NCBI GenBank assembly: GCA_043814605.1
Contig: JBDRJV010000027.1
Coordinates: forward strand, 1-60,422
Source of the DNA: Candidatus Omnitrophota bacterium
Lineage (GTDB): Bacteria > Omnitrophota > Gorgyraeia > B26-G9
Direction of reading: 5' to 3'
DNA: 60,422 nucleotides
In this document: positions 1-10,202 of the stretch, one piece after another
How positions within the stretch are numbered: position 1 is the stretch's first letter
How the letters are laid out: every line of letters begins with the position of its first letter
Notes under the pieces: generated by a model
What the model was told of the DNA's origin: nothing
The model's database searches: none
What the model saw: only the letters and a program-made list of their open reading frames with translations
Position numbers and translations under genes: made by a program

Positions 1-146
1 AAATTTAATTTTATATCTCTTTATTAAAATTAGAGTTACATTATACAAAAAAAATACTCTTTTATATTATAAAGGTATAGATTTTGCGTATATGAATTGA
101 GAGCTACAAAAACATTTAAACTTTTACAAAAGGAGGGGAAATCACA

Positions 147-470
147 ATGCATAAAAAATTTACTACTTACCTGGTACTAGCAGCAATTATCTTAGCAACA
201 TCTGGCTGCGGCACGCTGGTTGATAAAATGAACCGGCTTTCTATTAGTATGCATAAAGATGAAGTACGTGCATTATTCGGCAATAATTTTAAAGCCATCG
301 CTTCCAAAGTAGATCCGGAGGGAAATGTTTTAGATTTGTGGGAATTTTACGATCAAAAAAGCAAAGAAAAATACCAGATATTTTTCTTAAATGATAAGGT
401 TTCACAATGGGGCAAACAAGATGATTTAAAAGCATTCCCTACATTACACGCACCAAATTATAAACCATAA
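147..470 (+). CDS. Putative secreted lipoprotein, function unknown
   Basis: 107-aa ORF with a hydrophobic N-terminus ending in the lipobox-like LATSGC. A hairpin terminator follows. Confidence 0.55.
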   Translation: MHKKFTTYLVLAAIILATSGCGTLVDKMNRLSISMHKDEVRALFGNNFKAIASKVDPEGNVLDLWEFYDQKSKEKYQIFFLNDKVSQWGKQDDLKAFPTLHAPNYKP

Positions 471-482
471 TTTTTTTAAAAC

Positions 483-520
483 AAAAAAAGGACAGTTAAA
501 ATTTAGCTGTCCTTTTTTTT
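483..520. terminator. Bidirectional intrinsic terminator between convergent genes
   Basis: A-run, stem GGACAGT/GCTGTCC (490-512), then T8. It reads as hairpin plus U-tract on both strands. Confidence 0.6.
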
Positions 521-1523
521 ATTTATTAATCATCAAATTTATCCTCTTTTCCCCTTTTTTAGCCTTATTACATGTGATCTTCAGTACCCGTTCTTTATTT
601 TTATTGCGAACAATAACCCGATATTGTATATTTTCTTGTGTATCGCTATAAGCAGTACAAATTTCCGCCGCAGACTGAACGTGCTTACTTAGTTTATCTC
701 CCCTGAGCAAGCACATCGGCCCGGGTATATTTTCCACTAATAACAAATAGTCTTTTGTTTGATCAAAAACCGCTTCGATTAAATCATTTTCCCCTTTGTC
801 CCGGCCTACAATTAATTTAGCCGCATCGGAAAAGCGATAATGCCGCCCTAATTTAAGTAAATGTAAATCTTTATCGGAAAATTTTTGTTTTGAATTAAGT
901 AAATCTTTAAGCCGCTGGGAAAACCCTTTATCTGTTAGTAAACATCCTCCGGCAGGATTAGGGTATTCCTTAACTTTAAATTTCCGGGCTAACTCAATCT
1001 GCCTTTTCCTTCCCCGGCCGCAGATATTCAACAATTTTTCTCTATCGATAACTCCTTTTTTTTCCGGAACTGATTTTTCTAATAATTTTGCACTTAATGG
1101 CCTAATAATCTGATTCTTAAATCCAGAAATTTTTGCTACAATATCCAACGATCTTCTGTTTTGCGACATCGGCCGCTCATCCAGCACTTCTCCGCTAAAA
1201 ATAAAATCAAAATTCCTTTTCCTCATTATTTGACCAGCAATTTTAAACATTAACGCATGACAATCAATACAGGGATTCATGGTTTTGCCAAATCCGTGCA
1301 AAGGATTTTTTACAACTTTAAAATGCTCATTTGTAATGTCTTTAATTATTAATGAGATACTTAAATCATTTGCGGCTTTTTCCGCTAATTTTGACCCAAA
1401 AAAAGGCGTGACAAAAGAAAGTCCAACAACTTCTATTCCTTGTTGTTGGACTACTTTTACCGCTAAAATACTATCCAATCCTCCGGAAAGCAAGCCTATA
1501 GCCTTAACTTTTTGTCGCTTCAT
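519..1523 (-). CDS. PP-loop ATP pyrophosphatase, tRNA thiolation (ThiI/MnmA-like) family
   Basis: 334 aa with the N-terminal SGGLDS PP-loop motif and a CIDCH cysteine pair typical of tRNA sulfurtransferase-type enzymes. Confidence 0.6.
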   Translation of the reverse strand: MKRQKVKAIGLLSGGLDSILAVKVVQQQGIEVVGLSFVTPFFGSKLAEKAANDLSISLIIKDITNEHFKVVKNPLHGFGKTMNPCIDCHALMFKIAGQIMRKRNFDFIFSGEVLDERPMSQNRRSLDIVAKISGFKNQIIRPLSAKLLEKSVPEKKGVIDREKLLNICGRGRKRQIELARKFKVKEYPNPAGGCLLTDKGFSQRLKDLLNSKQKFSDKDLHLLKLGRHYRFSDAAKLIVGRDKGENDLIEAVFDQTKDYLLLVENIPGPMCLLRGDKLSKHVQSAAEICTAYSDTQENIQYRVIVRNKNKERVLKITCNKAKKGEKRINLMINK

Positions 1524-1570
1524 TTTATCCTTCTAATTATCCGCTTTACGCTAAACGCTATACGCTGTGT

Positions 1571-2041
1571 TTACCTGCTGATTTCTAATATTTCAATAGT
1601 AATCATGCCCGCCGGGATTTTCACCTGAACAACATCACCCACTTTATATCCCAAAACACCTTGCCCCAAAGGAGAACTTACCGAAATTTTATTTTGGCTA
1701 AAATCCGCTTCTGCTTCTGAGACAAGTGTATACTCTTCTATTTCATTATCGTTAACAATACGTATTTTAATTTTTGCTCCCAGTAATGCTTTATCTTTAT
1801 CAATATTAGTCTCATCAATCATGCGGGAATTAGCTAAAGTATTTTCTAAATCCGCAATTTTTGCTTCATTTAAAGAATGCGCTTCCTTTGCCGCATGATA
1901 TTCCGCGTTTTCTTTTAAATCTCCCAAAGCTCTGGCCTTTTCAATCGCTTCAGCAATTTTTCTTCTTTTAATCTGTTTAAGATTTTCTAATTCTTTTTGC
2001 AATTGCTCAAATCCTTCTTTTGTTAAATATCTTCCTGTCAT
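1571..2041 (-). CDS. greA: Transcription elongation factor GreA
   Basis: 156 aa with an N-terminal coiled-coil (LKENAEYHAAKE) and a C-terminal GreA/GreB globular domain (SPLGQGVLGYKVGD). Confidence 0.9.
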   Translation of the reverse strand: MTGRYLTKEGFEQLQKELENLKQIKRRKIAEAIEKARALGDLKENAEYHAAKEAHSLNEAKIADLENTLANSRMIDETNIDKDKALLGAKIKIRIVNDNEIEEYTLVSEAEADFSQNKISVSSPLGQGVLGYKVGDVVQVKIPAGMITIEILEISR

Positions 2042-2097
2042 TTTTTTGCCTTTTTAAAAAATTTTTAACTTGATTATTAACAATATGTTAATTAAAA

Positions 2098-2679
2098 TTA
2101 CCTTTTAAACTTTGTAATTTTCTGCCACCAAGTACTGCTATCCCAAGCTTTTAAATTTCGCCACAAATTTTTGGCACCTTTTGTTTTTAAAAATTTTGGC
2201 GCTTTTTTGAAAAAAAGTTTCGCTTGCGGAAATCCCTGGTCTAAATATTCTTTGGCTTGAACTAAGCATTCTAAAATATCTGCATCCCGGGCAATAATAC
2301 TTTCTTTTGTTTTTTGTTCTGTATAAGACTTGCGCCAACTGCGCATTTCTTTTTTTATTGCGGTTGGCAATTTTTCTGTTTGATCATGAAAAGCCCTATC
2401 CTCCGCCGCTTGATAATTAATATATCGCACAGCAACTTTGTGTGCATCATTAATTCTCGCCTCATGGATATCATTAAAAAGACACATCATAATTACTTTA
2501 TAAGGCTGGACATTTTCTCTTTTTGCTAAAATATAACCAATAACTGCACAGCGAAAACTATGCTCTGCTACTGTTTCTGGATCTTTTATCCCGATTACCC
2601 ACCAGCCACTGCGCCTGACTTTTTTTAAAAGTCCTGATTCACCTAACAAATTTAGCAATTTTCTCTCGGTTTTTCCCAT
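2098..2679 (-). CDS. HD-domain phosphohydrolase (YfbR-like 5'-nucleotidase family)
   Basis: 193 aa with H...HD metal-binding motifs (VAEHSF, FNDIHEARINDAHK). Confidence 0.75.
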   Translation of the reverse strand: MGKTERKLLNLLGESGLLKKVRRSGWWVIGIKDPETVAEHSFRCAVIGYILAKRENVQPYKVIMMCLFNDIHEARINDAHKVAVRYINYQAAEDRAFHDQTEKLPTAIKKEMRSWRKSYTEQKTKESIIARDADILECLVQAKEYLDQGFPQAKLFFKKAPKFLKTKGAKNLWRNLKAWDSSTWWQKITKFKR

Positions 2680-2681
2680 AA

Positions 2682-3098
2682 TTATTTGCTTTTAGTCTGT
2701 CTTTCAATCTCATTAATTAAGTCAGTAACTTTTTCTTTTATAATATCGCGCACCGCATAAAAAAAACTAGGATCTTTTGCTTTCGGATCAGGAATATCCC
2801 AATTTATATTTTTAATTGCCGGTACATACGGACATTTATCCTTGCAACCTAGAGTAACCACATAATCAAATTCATTTTTTGGTAAATCATAAAATCCTTT
2901 TGATTTAGCATTACTAAGATCAATACCTATTTCACTCATTACTTTAATCGCTTGAGGGTTAACATAGCCTGCAGGTTTAGACCCCGCACTAAAAACCGTA
3001 ACCTTATCCTTCCCAATTTCCCGGGCAAAGCCTGCGGCAATCTGGCTGCGGCAGGAATTTTCTATACACGCAAATAATAAGCTGGGTATTTTACTCAT
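2682..3098 (-). CDS. arsC: Arsenate reductase / low-molecular-weight phosphotyrosine phosphatase family
   Basis: 138 aa with the CX5R(S) P-loop CIENSCRSQ near the N-terminus, as in the thioredoxin-coupled ArsC/LMW-PTP fold. Confidence 0.7.
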   Translation of the reverse strand: MSKIPSLLFACIENSCRSQIAAGFAREIGKDKVTVFSAGSKPAGYVNPQAIKVMSEIGIDLSNAKSKGFYDLPKNEFDYVVTLGCKDKCPYVPAIKNINWDIPDPKAKDPSFFYAVRDIIKEKVTDLINEIERQTKSK

Positions 3099-3112
3099 AA
3101 TTATCTTCTTTT

Positions 3113-4378
3113 TTAGAATTTATTGATGACAAGGCCAGTAATCGGTTTGGGGTAAAAATATGTTGATTTTTGCGGCATGCGCATACCCGATAATGCAATT
3201 TTCTTAACTTGTTCTGCTTTTGTTGAATTAGGAAAGAATGCAATTGCCGCTTGTTTTTTCTTCACACTTTTAATCGCAAAATCTAAATCCCGGGTATAAT
3301 AAATATTTTCTTCTTTTTTTGCTGCATTAAGTTTGAAAATATGTTCAAATACAACTTTATTCAGCATTGCCACATCCAGTTCTCTCCACTCTACCGGTGA
3401 TTTACGCATTAGCCGGTCCAGTAAAACCCGGTCTTTCATCTGCAGTAAATAAAACTTATCTTTAAAATACATGCCTAAAGAAAAGCCTCTCGCCTTTTGC
3501 TGTGCCAAATTTAAATTTTTAATATCATTAAACCGGGTAATTTTAAAATATTTATCCAGGCTTCTAACCTTGGCATCAAGATCCGGTATGTTTTTAACTA
3601 ATCTGTGTGTTGGTAAAACACTTAAGTTCTGCTTATTAAATCCGGTAAAATAAACCATACAATAATTAAAACCGTTATTTTTCATCTTCTTTTTAAGCAT
3701 TTCATCCCGAAACATTTTGGAAACCTCATAGCGATGGTGGCCATCGGCAATAAATGCTTGTTTTGATTTCATTAACTTACTTATTTTTTTAATTATTTCC
3801 GGATCATCTATTTTCCAAAACTTATGCGTAATCTCATATTTATCTTTAAACTTTATGATTGGTTTTTTCCTGATTGTTGGCTGAAAACTGTTTTCAATAG
3901 TATTTTTAGAATCTAAATAAAAAGAAAAAATAGGGCTAAGATTTGCTTCTACTGCCCGCATTAATAACAATCTGTCCACTTTTGGTTTTGCTAATGTTTG
4001 TTCGTGCGGCAGACATTCCTTTCTTTTTTCCCCAAACTGCATGCGGGCGATAAAACCAAGCCTAGTTCTTTTTTCTTTGCCCATAAAATATTCTTGCACA
4101 TAAACATAAATTGCAGGTTTTTCGTCAAATACCAGGATTTTATCGGTTATCCATTTATTTAAAAATCCCGCTGCGCGAGTGTAACGATTACTTTTTTTGT
4201 TGTCCTTATTTGTAGTTTTGCCGAGAATCAAACGGATTACATTAAAAGGATGCTGAGTATAAAGTTCCTTTTGTTCTTGTGGGGAGATAACATCATAGGG
4301 TGGAGCAAAGATTTTATTTATGTTTTTTATTTTTTTGACGTTATATCTGAGCCCGTAAAAAGGAAAAATATCTGCCAT
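3113..4378 (-). CDS. DUF1015 family protein
   Basis: 421 aa. The N-terminus (FPFYGLRYN...PPYDVIS) and the length are typical of the DUF1015 family. Confidence 0.7.
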   Translation of the reverse strand: MADIFPFYGLRYNVKKIKNINKIFAPPYDVISPQEQKELYTQHPFNVIRLILGKTTNKDNKKSNRYTRAAGFLNKWITDKILVFDEKPAIYVYVQEYFMGKEKRTRLGFIARMQFGEKRKECLPHEQTLAKPKVDRLLLMRAVEANLSPIFSFYLDSKNTIENSFQPTIRKKPIIKFKDKYEITHKFWKIDDPEIIKKISKLMKSKQAFIADGHHRYEVSKMFRDEMLKKKMKNNGFNYCMVYFTGFNKQNLSVLPTHRLVKNIPDLDAKVRSLDKYFKITRFNDIKNLNLAQQKARGFSLGMYFKDKFYLLQMKDRVLLDRLMRKSPVEWRELDVAMLNKVVFEHIFKLNAAKKEENIYYTRDLDFAIKSVKKKQAAIAFFPNSTKAEQVKKIALSGMRMPQKSTYFYPKPITGLVINKF

Positions 4379-4420
4379 TTTATCAATCTCCTGTTTAATA
4401 AATTTAAAAACCCCGAGAAG

Positions 4421-4777
4421 TTACTTACGAAATAATACTGCTCCAATCAATGCTCCAATACTATCATAAATGACATCAATCACGCAAGGTATTCTCAATG
4501 GCACAAAATACTGATGAAATTCATCACTAATTCCATAACCAATTGCAATGACTATTGCTAAAATTCTAAAATTATTCTTTGTTTTTTCTCCGGATGCATT
4601 TTTAAAAGCACGCGCCAGTAAAAACGATAACCCCGCATAAAGTACTGTATGCCATAATTTATCCAAAGAGATTATTTTACTTACACTGAGAGGAAAAATA
4701 GATATACTGGACAAAAGAAAAATTAAAGCTGCTTGTAAGCTTACCGGCAGCCAATACTTTATAAATTTGTCATTCAT
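4421..4777 (-). CDS. VanZ-like membrane protein
   Basis: I start it at the internal ATG (MNDKFIKYW) at 4777, immediately after the upstream stop. It is a multi-TM protein with a VanZ-type DEFHQ motif. The longer track ORF (to 4993) overlaps the zinc-ribbon gene in another frame. Confidence 0.6.
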   Translation of the reverse strand: MNDKFIKYWLPVSLQAALIFLLSSISIFPLSVSKIISLDKLWHTVLYAGLSFLLARAFKNASGEKTKNNFRILAIVIAIGYGISDEFHQYFVPLRIPCVIDVIYDSIGALIGAVLFRK

Positions 4778-4778
4778 T

Positions 4779-5114
4779 CTAATTTTTCTTTTCTGTTTTT
4801 CTTGCTTTCTCTGAATTGCCTGGTTTTTTCTCTGGGTAATTTTCTGATTTTGTTTTTCCCTGATTATCCCCGGCCTTTTTAACCTGAGAATCTTCTGTTT
4901 TAGGCGCAGTTTCTTTTGTTGGGGGCTCTTTGCGTTTATAATCGGTTTCATAAAACCCCGAACCTTTAAAAATAATACCCATTCCCGAACCAATGCGTCT
5001 TTTTGCTTTCAATCTTCCGCATTCAGGACATTTACGTATGGGGTTATCGGTCATTTTCTGAAACAATTCAAATTCGTGAGCACAGCTTTCACATTGATAA
5101 TCATATGTTGGCAA
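4779..5114 (-). CDS. FmdB-family zinc-ribbon protein with K/E-rich tail
   Basis: MPTYDYQCESC...CPECG is the CxxC...CxxC zinc-ribbon signature. The start codon is TTG, with the SD GGAAGGTG 8 nt upstream. Confidence 0.75.
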   Translation of the reverse strand: MPTYDYQCESCAHEFELFQKMTDNPIRKCPECGRLKAKRRIGSGMGIIFKGSGFYETDYKRKEPPTKETAPKTEDSQVKKAGDNQGKTKSENYPEKKPGNSEKARKTEKKN

Positions 5115-5311
5115 TTTTAAGCACCTTCCTTTTCAAAACAGATTATAGACAACAAACCACAGACCATGGATAAAAAATTAAAAACTTTTAATTGCTTGAT
5201 TATTTATGTTTATTGCTAATCGTGTTTTATTTTAAACAGACACATATGTTCGCTTTTTCTTTACAATATCGACTTTTTTGAGATCTAGCGTCCAATAGCT
5301 AAGATCAGGTT

Positions 5312-6460
5312 TTAGCCGCCAAATGCTTTTTTTAGTTTTTCAGAAATAGATCCGTTTTGAATATCTTCCCCTCTTAATTTTGCAAATTCTAATAATAATT
5401 TCTTTTCCCGTTCGGATAAATTAACCGGCACACTAACATGAACCTGCACAAATTGATCTCCTTTTTTATACCCGCGTAAATCTGTAAACCCTTTACCGTT
5501 AATTCGAAATACCTTTTCACTTTGCGTACCGGCGGGAATTTTCATTTTAATTTTTCCCTCGTATAAAGTAGGCACTTGAATTTCAGTGCCTAAAGCTGCT
5601 TGCACAAAACTGATTGATTTCTTGCAGTAAATATCATTACGATGCCTTTCGAAAATCTTATGTTTTTTCAGCCGAATTAATATATATAAATCACCGCGCG
5701 GGCCGTCTCGCGTTCCGGCTTCTCCTTCGCCGCGTACACGTAAATGCGAACCGGAATCAACTCCTGCGGGGACTTTAACATTTATTTTTCTTTGTACGCT
5801 CACCTTTCCTGTACCGCGGCAGCTTTTGCAAGGATTAGTAATAATTACTCCCTCACCGCGGCAGCTATCACAAGTCCGGGCAATGGTAAAAAACCCTGCG
5901 GATTGCCCAACTTGTCCGGATCCTTTACAGGCAGGACAAGTAATCTTTTTTGTTCCGGATTGAGCTCCTTCTCCATTACAGGCAGAACATACTTCTTTAC
6001 GGTTTATGGCAATACTTTTTTCTATACCCGCCGCTGCTTCTTCAAATTCAAGTGCCAATTCGTATTCTAAATCTGCGCCGCGCCGCGGACCGCCCCGTGA
6101 ACGTCTTGAACCTGAGAATCCAAATCCGGAAAAAATATCTTCAAAAATACCGCCGCCGCTAAAACCCATTTCCTCAAATATTGAACTAAAATCTGCACCG
6201 CGGAAAATATCTTCTTCACTGTATTGGTTATCAATTCCCGCATGGCCAAAACGATCATATTGCGCACGCTTATTCGTATCTGATAAAACCGCATAAGCCT
6301 CGGAAATTTCTTTAAATTTTTCTTCTGATTCTTTACGTTTATCTCCTGAGACACGGTCCGGATGATATTTCATCGCCAGTTTACGGTATGTTTTTTTGAT
6401 TTCATCAACGGAAGCATTTTTTTCAACACCCAGTATTTCATAATAATCCCGTTTTGTCAT
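5312..6460 (-). CDS. dnaJ: Molecular chaperone DnaJ
   Basis: J-domain (YYEILGV...HPD), G/F region and four CxxCxGxG zinc-finger repeats. The ATG at 6460 with an AGGA SD is preferred over the upstream GTG at 6484. Confidence 0.95.
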   Translation of the reverse strand: MTKRDYYEILGVEKNASVDEIKKTYRKLAMKYHPDRVSGDKRKESEEKFKEISEAYAVLSDTNKRAQYDRFGHAGIDNQYSEEDIFRGADFSSIFEEMGFSGGGIFEDIFSGFGFSGSRRSRGGPRRGADLEYELALEFEEAAAGIEKSIAINRKEVCSACNGEGAQSGTKKITCPACKGSGQVGQSAGFFTIARTCDSCRGEGVIITNPCKSCRGTGKVSVQRKINVKVPAGVDSGSHLRVRGEGEAGTRDGPRGDLYILIRLKKHKIFERHRNDIYCKKSISFVQAALGTEIQVPTLYEGKIKMKIPAGTQSEKVFRINGKGFTDLRGYKKGDQFVQVHVSVPVNLSEREKKLLLEFAKLRGEDIQNGSISEKLKKAFGG

Positions 6461-6553
6461 AATTATCCTATCATAGATAAACACAGATTAGAAATAAGAT
6501 AAACGCGGGTATCTGTGTTTATCCCTTCTTTATCTGTGTTCATCAAAAAGTGT

Positions 6554-8440
6554 TTACTTTTCGTCTTCTACTTTATATTCTGCATCCACTACATCTTCTG
6601 GCGTTTTCGCATCAGACTGAGCTTGATCTGCTTGTGATTGCTCAGACTGCTGAGATTGCTCAGACTGCTGTTGGGCTTGATTTGCCTTTGTTTGTGCTTT
6701 ATACACAGCTTCAGCTAATTTATGGGAAGCTTGCGAAAGTTCTTCCATTGATTTTTTAATCTTTTCCGCATCACTTTCTTTAAGTACTTCTTTTAGCTCG
6801 TCGATTTTTTTCTGAATATTTTCTTTATCTTGCGTGCTTACCTTATCCCCAAAATCCTTTAAAGATTTTTCTGTAGAATAAACTAAAGCATCGGCCTGGT
6901 TTCTTGTCTCAACTTCCTCTTTCTTTTTTTTATCTGCTTCGGCAAACTGTTCTGCATCTTTTACCATTTTTTTAATTTCTTCTTCCGAAAGTTTTCTCGG
7001 CGCAGTAATCTTTATTGATTGCTCTTTACCAGTGCCTAAATCTTTTGCACTAACATGAACCAGACCATTAGCATCAATATCAAAAGTGACTTCAATTTGC
7101 GGAATCCCGCGCGGAGCCGGAGGAATTCCCACAAGATTAAAACGTCCCAGCTCAACATTATCATTAGCCATTTGTCTTTCCCCTTGTAAAACCCGGATTG
7201 TTACCTCGGTCTGGTTATCCGCCGCGGTAGAAAATGTCTGGCTTTTTTTCGTGGGAATTGTTGTATTCCTTTCGATTAATTTTGTGCAAACACTGCCTAA
7301 TGTCTCAATCCCGAGAGAAAGCGGGGTAACATCAAGTAACAAAATATCTTTTACCTCTCCTTTAATAATTCCGGCCTGAATCGCTGCACCCATAGCTACA
7401 CATTCCATAGGATCAACTCCGCCTTCAATTTTCTTTCCGACAAAACCTTCAACAAATTTTTGTACAATCGGCATTCTTGTCGGACCGCCAACCATAATAA
7501 TTTTGTGTATTTGATTCGGAGTTAATTTAGCATCCGCCATTGCCTTCTCAATCGGAGAACGGCATTTTTGCACAATCGGATTGACTAATTCTTCCAATTT
7601 TGCTCTATTTATATTTAAAGTTAAATGTTTTGGTCCTGAGGCATTGGCAGTAATAAAGGGGAGATTAATATCTGTCGTAAGCGTGCTGGATAACTCAATC
7701 TTTGCTTTTTCTGCTGCCTCACGCAACCTTTGCATTGCCATTCTATCATTACGCAAATCAATCCCATTTTCTTTTTGGAAAGATTCAGCAATATAATCAA
7801 TAATCACATTATCCATATCTGTACCGCCCAATTGTGTATCTCCGTGTGTTGATTTTACTTCAAAAACACCTTCGGCCATTTCCATAATGGTTACATCTAA
7901 AGTCCCTCCGCCTAGATCAAAAACTAAGATCTTTTGTTCCTTTCCTGACTTGTCCAAGCCATAAGCCAAACAAGCAGCAGTTGGTTCATTAATGATTCTG
8001 AGAACTTTTAAGCCGGCAATTTCTCCGGCATCCTTGGTTGCGGCACGCTGGTTATCATCAAAATATGCGGGACAAGTAATTACAGCTTCTTCCACTTTAT
8101 CCCCCAAATAGTTTTCTGCATCTTCTTTAATTTTTTGTAAGATAAACGCGGATATTTGCTGGGGAGTAAATTTTTTATTATAAGCTTCAAATTTAAAATC
8201 CGTACCCATCTTTCTTTTCGCCGCAATTATTGTGCCTTGCGGATTAATCGCTGCCTGACGACGCGCCGGCTCCCCCACCAAGCGTTGACCTTCTTTTGTA
8301 AACGCAACATAGGAAGGAAATGCTTTACCGCCGCCAACGGTTGTTCCTTCCGCTGATGGAATAATTGATGGCCTGCCTGCTTCCAGAATTGCCGCTGCAG
8401 AATTAGATGTTCCCAAATCGATTCCGATTACTTTTGCCAT
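6554..8440 (-). CDS. dnaK: Molecular chaperone DnaK (Hsp70)
   Basis: 628 aa with Hsp70 signatures ([19 protein letters not shown]) and a Q/S/E-rich C-terminal tail. Confidence 0.97.
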   Translation of the reverse strand: MAKVIGIDLGTSNSAAAILEAGRPSIIPSAEGTTVGGGKAFPSYVAFTKEGQRLVGEPARRQAAINPQGTIIAAKRKMGTDFKFEAYNKKFTPQQISAFILQKIKEDAENYLGDKVEEAVITCPAYFDDNQRAATKDAGEIAGLKVLRIINEPTAACLAYGLDKSGKEQKILVFDLGGGTLDVTIMEMAEGVFEVKSTHGDTQLGGTDMDNVIIDYIAESFQKENGIDLRNDRMAMQRLREAAEKAKIELSSTLTTDINLPFITANASGPKHLTLNINRAKLEELVNPIVQKCRSPIEKAMADAKLTPNQIHKIIMVGGPTRMPIVQKFVEGFVGKKIEGGVDPMECVAMGAAIQAGIIKGEVKDILLLDVTPLSLGIETLGSVCTKLIERNTTIPTKKSQTFSTAADNQTEVTIRVLQGERQMANDNVELGRFNLVGIPPAPRGIPQIEVTFDIDANGLVHVSAKDLGTGKEQSIKITAPRKLSEEEIKKMVKDAEQFAEADKKKKEEVETRNQADALVYSTEKSLKDFGDKVSTQDKENIQKKIDELKEVLKESDAEKIKKSMEELSQASHKLAEAVYKAQTKANQAQQQSEQSQQSEQSQADQAQSDAKTPEDVVDAEYKVEDEK

Positions 8441-8474
8441 GATCTCTACCTCCTTATTTATTTTTTATTCTTAA

Positions 8475-9029
8475 TTAATTCTGTTCTTTTTCTTTAGCAA
8501 CTTTTACTTTTGCTGTTCTTAAAACTCTATCGTTTAATAAATATCCCTTTTGCAGTTCTTCCACAACCGTATTTTCCGGATATTCATCAGTCTCCGCTTG
8601 TAATATCGCTTCATGATAAGCCGGATTAAACTTTACCCCTTTGGCTTTGATTTCGGAGACTCCTTTTGATTTTAAAAATTCTAAAATATGGTTTAAAATC
8701 ATTTCTACTCCTTTATGCAAAATATCAAAATCTTTTGTCTTATCCGCTGCTTCAAAAGCACGCTGGAAATCATCAATAAACGGAATTATATCTGCGATTA
8801 TCTGTTCATTAGAATATTTAATAAATTCAATTTTATCCCGTGTTAACCTTTTTTTTATGTTTTCAAAATCCGCCTGTAAACGTAATATTCTATTTTCCGC
8901 ATCTTGAGCTATTTGTGCTTGTGATTTTAAAGTATTATACTCATCTTGCGTCAGCGTTATTTCTTGTTTTTCTGGGACGATTTCTTTTTCATCCAGCTTT
9001 TCTAAATTCTGTTTTTTTTTCTGCAGCAT
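8475..9029 (-). CDS. grpE: Nucleotide exchange factor GrpE
   Basis: 184 aa with the GrpE signature (RLQADFENIKKR...) and a position between hrcA and dnaK. Confidence 0.93.
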   Translation of the reverse strand: MLQKKKQNLEKLDEKEIVPEKQEITLTQDEYNTLKSQAQIAQDAENRILRLQADFENIKKRLTRDKIEFIKYSNEQIIADIIPFIDDFQRAFEAADKTKDFDILHKGVEMILNHILEFLKSKGVSEIKAKGVKFNPAYHEAILQAETDEYPENTVVEELQKGYLLNDRVLRTAKVKVAKEKEQN

Positions 9030-9059
9030 TAATATCTTGTTTCTCGCACATAAATCCCT

Positions 9060-10127
9060 CTATTCTAAACTGTAGTTTTCTAAAATTGCACTTAAAATTC
9101 CGGAAACATAACTCACCGTAGCAATTGCCTTACCGTAATCCATTCGTTTGGGGCCGATTATTCCTAAAGTACCTAATATCTGTTTATTAATTTGATATCC
9201 CCCCATAACAATTGCACAGTCATCAAAAGCAATTTCCGGTGCTTCTTTACCGATGAAAACTTTAATTTTCTCCCCCGTTGTTTCTTGCCTATCAATAATC
9301 TCCTGAATCAATATTTCCCAGGAATCTCTTTCATCAAAAATTTTCATAAAGCTGCGGATCATCGCCGAATTTTCAAATTCAGGAAAATTCAAAATATTAC
9401 TAAACCCTTCCCAATAAAAATGTGTTTTTTCTTCTATTAAAGAACTGGAATCAACGAATTCAATTGCTTGCTTTAAAAGCATAAATAATGAGTTTCTTTC
9501 CTGAATCATCATCTTACGCAGTTTTGTCCTGATCCGATCTAAAGGCACATCTTCTAACTGATCATTCATGAAGTTTTCAATTCTTTTTAATTTATCTTTA
9601 TCAATTTTAAAGTTTTTTATATCAAAATTAACCACAGAACTTTTTGTCATGCCTGTACTAGTAACTAACATAACACAAACTTTATTATTATCCAGTAACA
9701 CAAATTGAATCCGTTTAAACTTACTTTTTTTTAACTGCGGCTGTGAAACAACCGCAGCATAATTGGTAAATTGTGAAAGAACGCGCGATGTCCTTCGGAC
9801 AATCTCATCCAACGCTAATTGTTTATCAATGTATTCGTTGCTGAGTACTGTTTTTTCCTGGGAAGTCAGCCCTGCAGTATCTAAAAGCTGATCCACATAA
9901 AAACGGTATCCTTTATCCGTAGGGACACGTCCAGCGGATGTGTGCAGATGTGTAATCAACCCTCTTTCTTCAAGGTCAGCCATAACATTTCGCACTGATG
10001 CTGCACATAAGTTCAAATGATATTGCGTACAGATTGTCCGTGAACTTACCGGATTACCAGTTGTTATGTAATTATTAATAATAATTCTTAGGATTTTATC
10101 TCTTCTGGCGTTAATATCAATTTTCAT
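9060..10127 (-). CDS. hrcA: Heat-inducible transcription repressor HrcA
   Basis: N-terminal winged helix (RRDKILRIIINNYITTGNPVSSRTI) and first gene of the hrcA-grpE-dnaK-dnaJ operon. I prefer the ATG at 10127. The track start (GTG at 10151) lies inside the CIRCE operator. Confidence 0.9.
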   Translation of the reverse strand: MKIDINARRDKILRIIINNYITTGNPVSSRTICTQYHLNLCAASVRNVMADLEERGLITHLHTSAGRVPTDKGYRFYVDQLLDTAGLTSQEKTVLSNEYIDKQLALDEIVRRTSRVLSQFTNYAAVVSQPQLKKSKFKRIQFVLLDNNKVCVMLVTSTGMTKSSVVNFDIKNFKIDKDKLKRIENFMNDQLEDVPLDRIRTKLRKMMIQERNSLFMLLKQAIEFVDSSSLIEEKTHFYWEGFSNILNFPEFENSAMIRSFMKIFDERDSWEILIQEIIDRQETTGEKIKVFIGKEAPEIAFDDCAIVMGGYQINKQILGTLGIIGPKRMDYGKAIATVSYVSGILSAILENYSLE

Positions 10128-10144
10128 TTTTTTATCTACTTTTT

Positions 10145-10171
10145 TTGGCACTCTCGCGCCCAGAGTGCCAA
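10145..10171. promoter_or_regulatory. CIRCE operator (HrcA binding site)
   Basis: TTGGCACTC-N9-GAGTGCCAA is a perfect 9-bp inverted repeat with a 9-nt spacer. It differs from the CIRCE consensus TTAGCACTC-N9-GAGTGCTAA at one position per arm. Confidence 0.85.
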
Positions 10172-10172
10172 T

Positions 10173-10202
10173 ATCTTAACATACTGGTCAAATTTCTGTC
10201 AA
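10173..10202 (-). promoter_or_regulatory. Candidate sigma70-type promoter of the hrcA operon
   Basis: Minus strand reads TTGACA (10202-10197)-N18-TAAGAT (10178-10173), immediately upstream of CIRCE. The -35 lies inside the hflX 3' end. Confidence 0.5.

Noticed and set aside
4778-4993. N-terminal 72-aa extension of the VanZ-like ORF.
   Set aside because: It overlaps the K/E-rich tail of the zinc-ribbon gene in another frame and is itself K/Q-rich low complexity. The internal ATG at 4777 abuts the upstream stop.
6590-6700. Short tandem DNA repeats (CTCAGACTGCTG-like) at the dnaK 3' end.
   Set aside because: They simply encode the Q/S/E-rich low-complexity C-terminal tail ([14 protein letters not shown]) that is common in Hsp70s.
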